Under the pieces are notes generated by a model, which saw only the letters and a list, made by a program, of their open reading frames with translations, was not told the origin of the DNA and ran no database searches. Shown piece by piece: positions 62,295 to 64,000 of a stretch of DNA of 64,000 bases; within the stretch, counting starts at the first letter, position 1, and each line of letters begins with the position of its first letter. This stretch comes from Patescibacteria group bacterium (GTDB lineage: Bacteria; Patescibacteriota; Patescibacteriia; Patescibacteriales; Patescibacteriaceae). The translations under genes were made by a program, and so were the position numbers. The DNA lies in assembly GCA_028704945.1 (NCBI GenBank), contig JAQWEL010000003.1, forward strand, positions 8,037-72,036, written 5' to 3'.

Positions 62295-62324
62295 TTGACT
62301 AAAGCCGGCTTAAGGTGGTAATGT
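62295..62324 (+). promoter_or_regulatory. sigma70-type promoter for 62398..63309
   Basis: TTGACT 62295-62300, an 18-nt spacer, then TAATGT 62319-62324. Confidence 0.4.
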
Positions 62325-62397
62325 ATGCCTTAATAAGTGTTCTTTAAAAAGTGAATAAATATTTACTCATATTTACTAATAATCAGTAGGAGTTAAC

Positions 62398-63309
62398 ATG
62401 AAAAGGCTTTTTGTCTTTTTGCTGTTTTTGTTCAGCTTGGGTTCTCTCTACGCTCAATGGGGCGGAGTTAAAACTCAACGAGTAAAAACTAATCAAGCTA
62501 AACAGACAAATGTTGAACAAGCTTTGAAAATCGATATCGAATATAATTCGGTTTTAGATAACAGCTTGGCATCAGATGCTGTTTGCAGTAATGCGGCATA
62601 TTATTTAAATATCGGCGATGTTGGTGTTGATTGGCTTTGGGGCGATAACGCAGACTTATACCTTGGCCCTAAAGTAAGAATCAACCTTAATTCCGGTATT
62701 CTAAATAATAATCGTTATGGCGAGCAAAGTATGCTGTGGTCAGTCGGTGTTGCCGCTAAGGTAGTCTTTCCTAATTCGAAGTTATGTTTCGACGGAGAAG
62801 TAGGAGAATTGTATCGTTCTTATACCATGTATTCAGGTTATGAAGAGAAACAGAAAAATTTTATTTGGTCAGGTTATCTTTATTATGAAGATCAAACCGG
62901 ACGAAATAAAGACGAATGGCTTGCTTCCGCTTGGTCATTAGGTATTAACGGCAGCACACCTTGTTCTCCGCTAAAAACAATTGATTGGGGTTACAATGAA
63001 TTTACTCATCGTTTAGCTTCCGGCTCGACTAACACTTATTCAGTGCACGTTGACGCCACTGTCAGTTGTGATATTGCTTGGAGCGATCAAGTTATCGAAC
63101 CGGTTACTCTCAGAGGTCTGGGAGGAAAATATGGTACCAACTTTAAATATCTTGGCTTAGGTATCGGCACTGAAATTTTGTACGACAAAAAATCAGCCGC
63201 AACCGTTACCTTCGATCGTGTTTGGGGTTGGGACAATACTCGTATCAGCTATTGGAATTTTGGTTTTAATTTTCATTTCAGCTTTTTCACAAATCTTTGG
63301 AATAAATAA
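62398..63309 (+). CDS. secreted aromatic/glycine-rich protein (beta-rich, function unknown)
   Basis: Signal peptide MKRLFVFLLFLFSLGSLYAQ, an AGGAG RBS, and an aromatic-rich C-terminus ...YWNFGFNFHFSFFTNLWNK. Confidence 0.55.
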   Translation: MKRLFVFLLFLFSLGSLYAQWGGVKTQRVKTNQAKQTNVEQALKIDIEYNSVLDNSLASDAVCSNAAYYLNIGDVGVDWLWGDNADLYLGPKVRINLNSGILNNNRYGEQSMLWSVGVAAKVVFPNSKLCFDGEVGELYRSYTMYSGYEEKQKNFIWSGYLYYEDQTGRNKDEWLASAWSLGINGSTPCSPLKTIDWGYNEFTHRLASGSTNTYSVHVDATVSCDIAWSDQVIEPVTLRGLGGKYGTNFKYLGLGIGTEILYDKKSAATVTFDRVWGWDNTRISYWNFGFNFHFSFFTNLWNK

Positions 63310-63334
63310 TATTAACAATATAGGACTTTAAGAA

Positions 63335-64000
63335 ATGAAAAAAATTGTTTTATTGGGGTTGTGTTTTTCTTTGCTGGTCGGTTTGAGTTCTTGTGGTAGC
63401 AATGCCGGCTTAACCGCCAAAAAAGATAAAAAAACCAACGATGTTAAAATCAAAGGAGCAAAAAGCCTGAACCAATTCGATCCGAATAAAGATGTTTACG
63501 CTTCCGACTCCTTGTATTTCGGGAATGAACCCTCGCTTGATCACCAAGTTTTCCTTGGCGCAAGTAAGTCTGGCAATTTTACTTTGCCTAACACTAATGG
63601 CAACGCTACTTTACCGGCTTATATCTATCAAGTTAAAACCGGCACCTACGAACCGAACGATTATCTTTGGGCAATTAAATTAACTGACAATGGTAATGAG
63701 AACGGCGAACTCGGAACTGAAAAATTAATCGGTGATGATTTGACTAAGTTGGCAAATAATCTTAACACGGATAAAACTTCGGCGAAGAATAGTAATAAAA
63801 AATTAGGCAAGAATAAAAATCTTGTCGACAAGACATTTTCTATTACCGGCGCTAAGATAAAAGCCACCAAGAAAGATGATCCCGAATCGGTTTATCGCGA
63901 ACCTTATGTGATAAGTTTCGTTCTGAACGAAGAGGAAGAATTGGACCGAATGATTGTTTACAACAATAACGGCATGGATTACTATTCGATTGATTTGAAT
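63335..64000 (+). CDS. lipoprotein (hypothetical), 3' end beyond the window
   Basis: Not in the ORF track because it has no stop. The ATG at 63335 opens MKKIVLLGLCFSLLVGLSSCGSN (lipobox LSSC). I read the frame open for all 222 codons to position 64000. Confidence 0.6.
   Translation, partial: MKKIVLLGLCFSLLVGLSSCGSNAGLTAKKDKKTNDVKIKGAKSLNQFDPNKDVYASDSLYFGNEPSLDHQVFLGASKSGNFTLPNTNGNATLPAYIYQVKTGTYEPNDYLWAIKLTDNGNENGELGTEKLIGDDLTKLANNLNTDKTSAKNSNKKLGKNKNLVDKTFSITGAKIKATKKDDPESVYREPYVISFVLNEEEELDRMIVYNNNGMDYYSIDLN

Noticed and set aside
63492-63870. Track ORFs 63492..63683 (+) and 63661..63870 (-).
   Set aside because: The frame starting at the ATG at 63335 has a lipoprotein signal peptide and stays open to the window end. 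The two listed ORFs are out-of-frame or antisense shadows of it.
1-64000. An alternative genetic code (UGA recoded, as in some candidate phyla).
   Set aside because: Conserved proteins (RplA, DnaB, MurC, ClpB, GltX and others) are full length without reading through any TGA, and several genes terminate with TGA.

Overview
This is an AT-rich, gene-dense bacterial chromosomal window. TGA, TAA and TAG all end ORFs at sensible lengths, so it uses the standard genetic code. I ran no homology search; all functional calls come from reading motifs in the supplied translations and the DNA. Gene content and architecture suggest a small-genome Patescibacteria/CPR-like organism, but that is inference only. 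The clues are truncated TsaB, very large polytopic glycosyltransferase-like membrane proteins, a degenerate PilB-like protein and a compact DGR.

Housekeeping blocks:
- secE-nusG-rplK-rplA (minus strand), rplU, and recR-ybaB-dnaB (minus strand).
- An iscR-iscU-nfu-iscS operon with a palindromic operator.
- A dcw cell-wall cluster split into two halves in non-canonical order: mraY-ftsW-murG-murC-murB at 17.2-23.2 kb and mraZ-rsmH-ftsL-ftsI-murF at 43.0-48.2 kb.
- def-fmt, clpB with a CIRCE operator, gltX, tRNA-Pro(GGG) and tRNA-Glu(CUC).

About 19 kb of accessory and envelope genes lie between the two dcw halves. They include secreted proteins with T9SS-like C-terminal domains, an S8 protease with FG-GAP repeats, and a glycosylation locus.

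The headline is a diversity-generating retroelement (DGR) at 23.5-25.4 kb.
- It has a 119-nt VR/TR pair in which all 9 mismatches sit at template adenines, plus an Avd-like four-helix-bundle gene.
- Its reverse transcriptase is visibly broken by an internal deletion/frameshift and an in-frame TAG.
- A paralogous small gene at 49.5-50.0 kb shares the 3' flank of the DGR target. It ends in a strongly A-depleted, GC-rich, NNC-codon-rich tail that looks like an orphan variable region with no template in this window.

I recognised no rRNA, CRISPR array, transposase or integrase.
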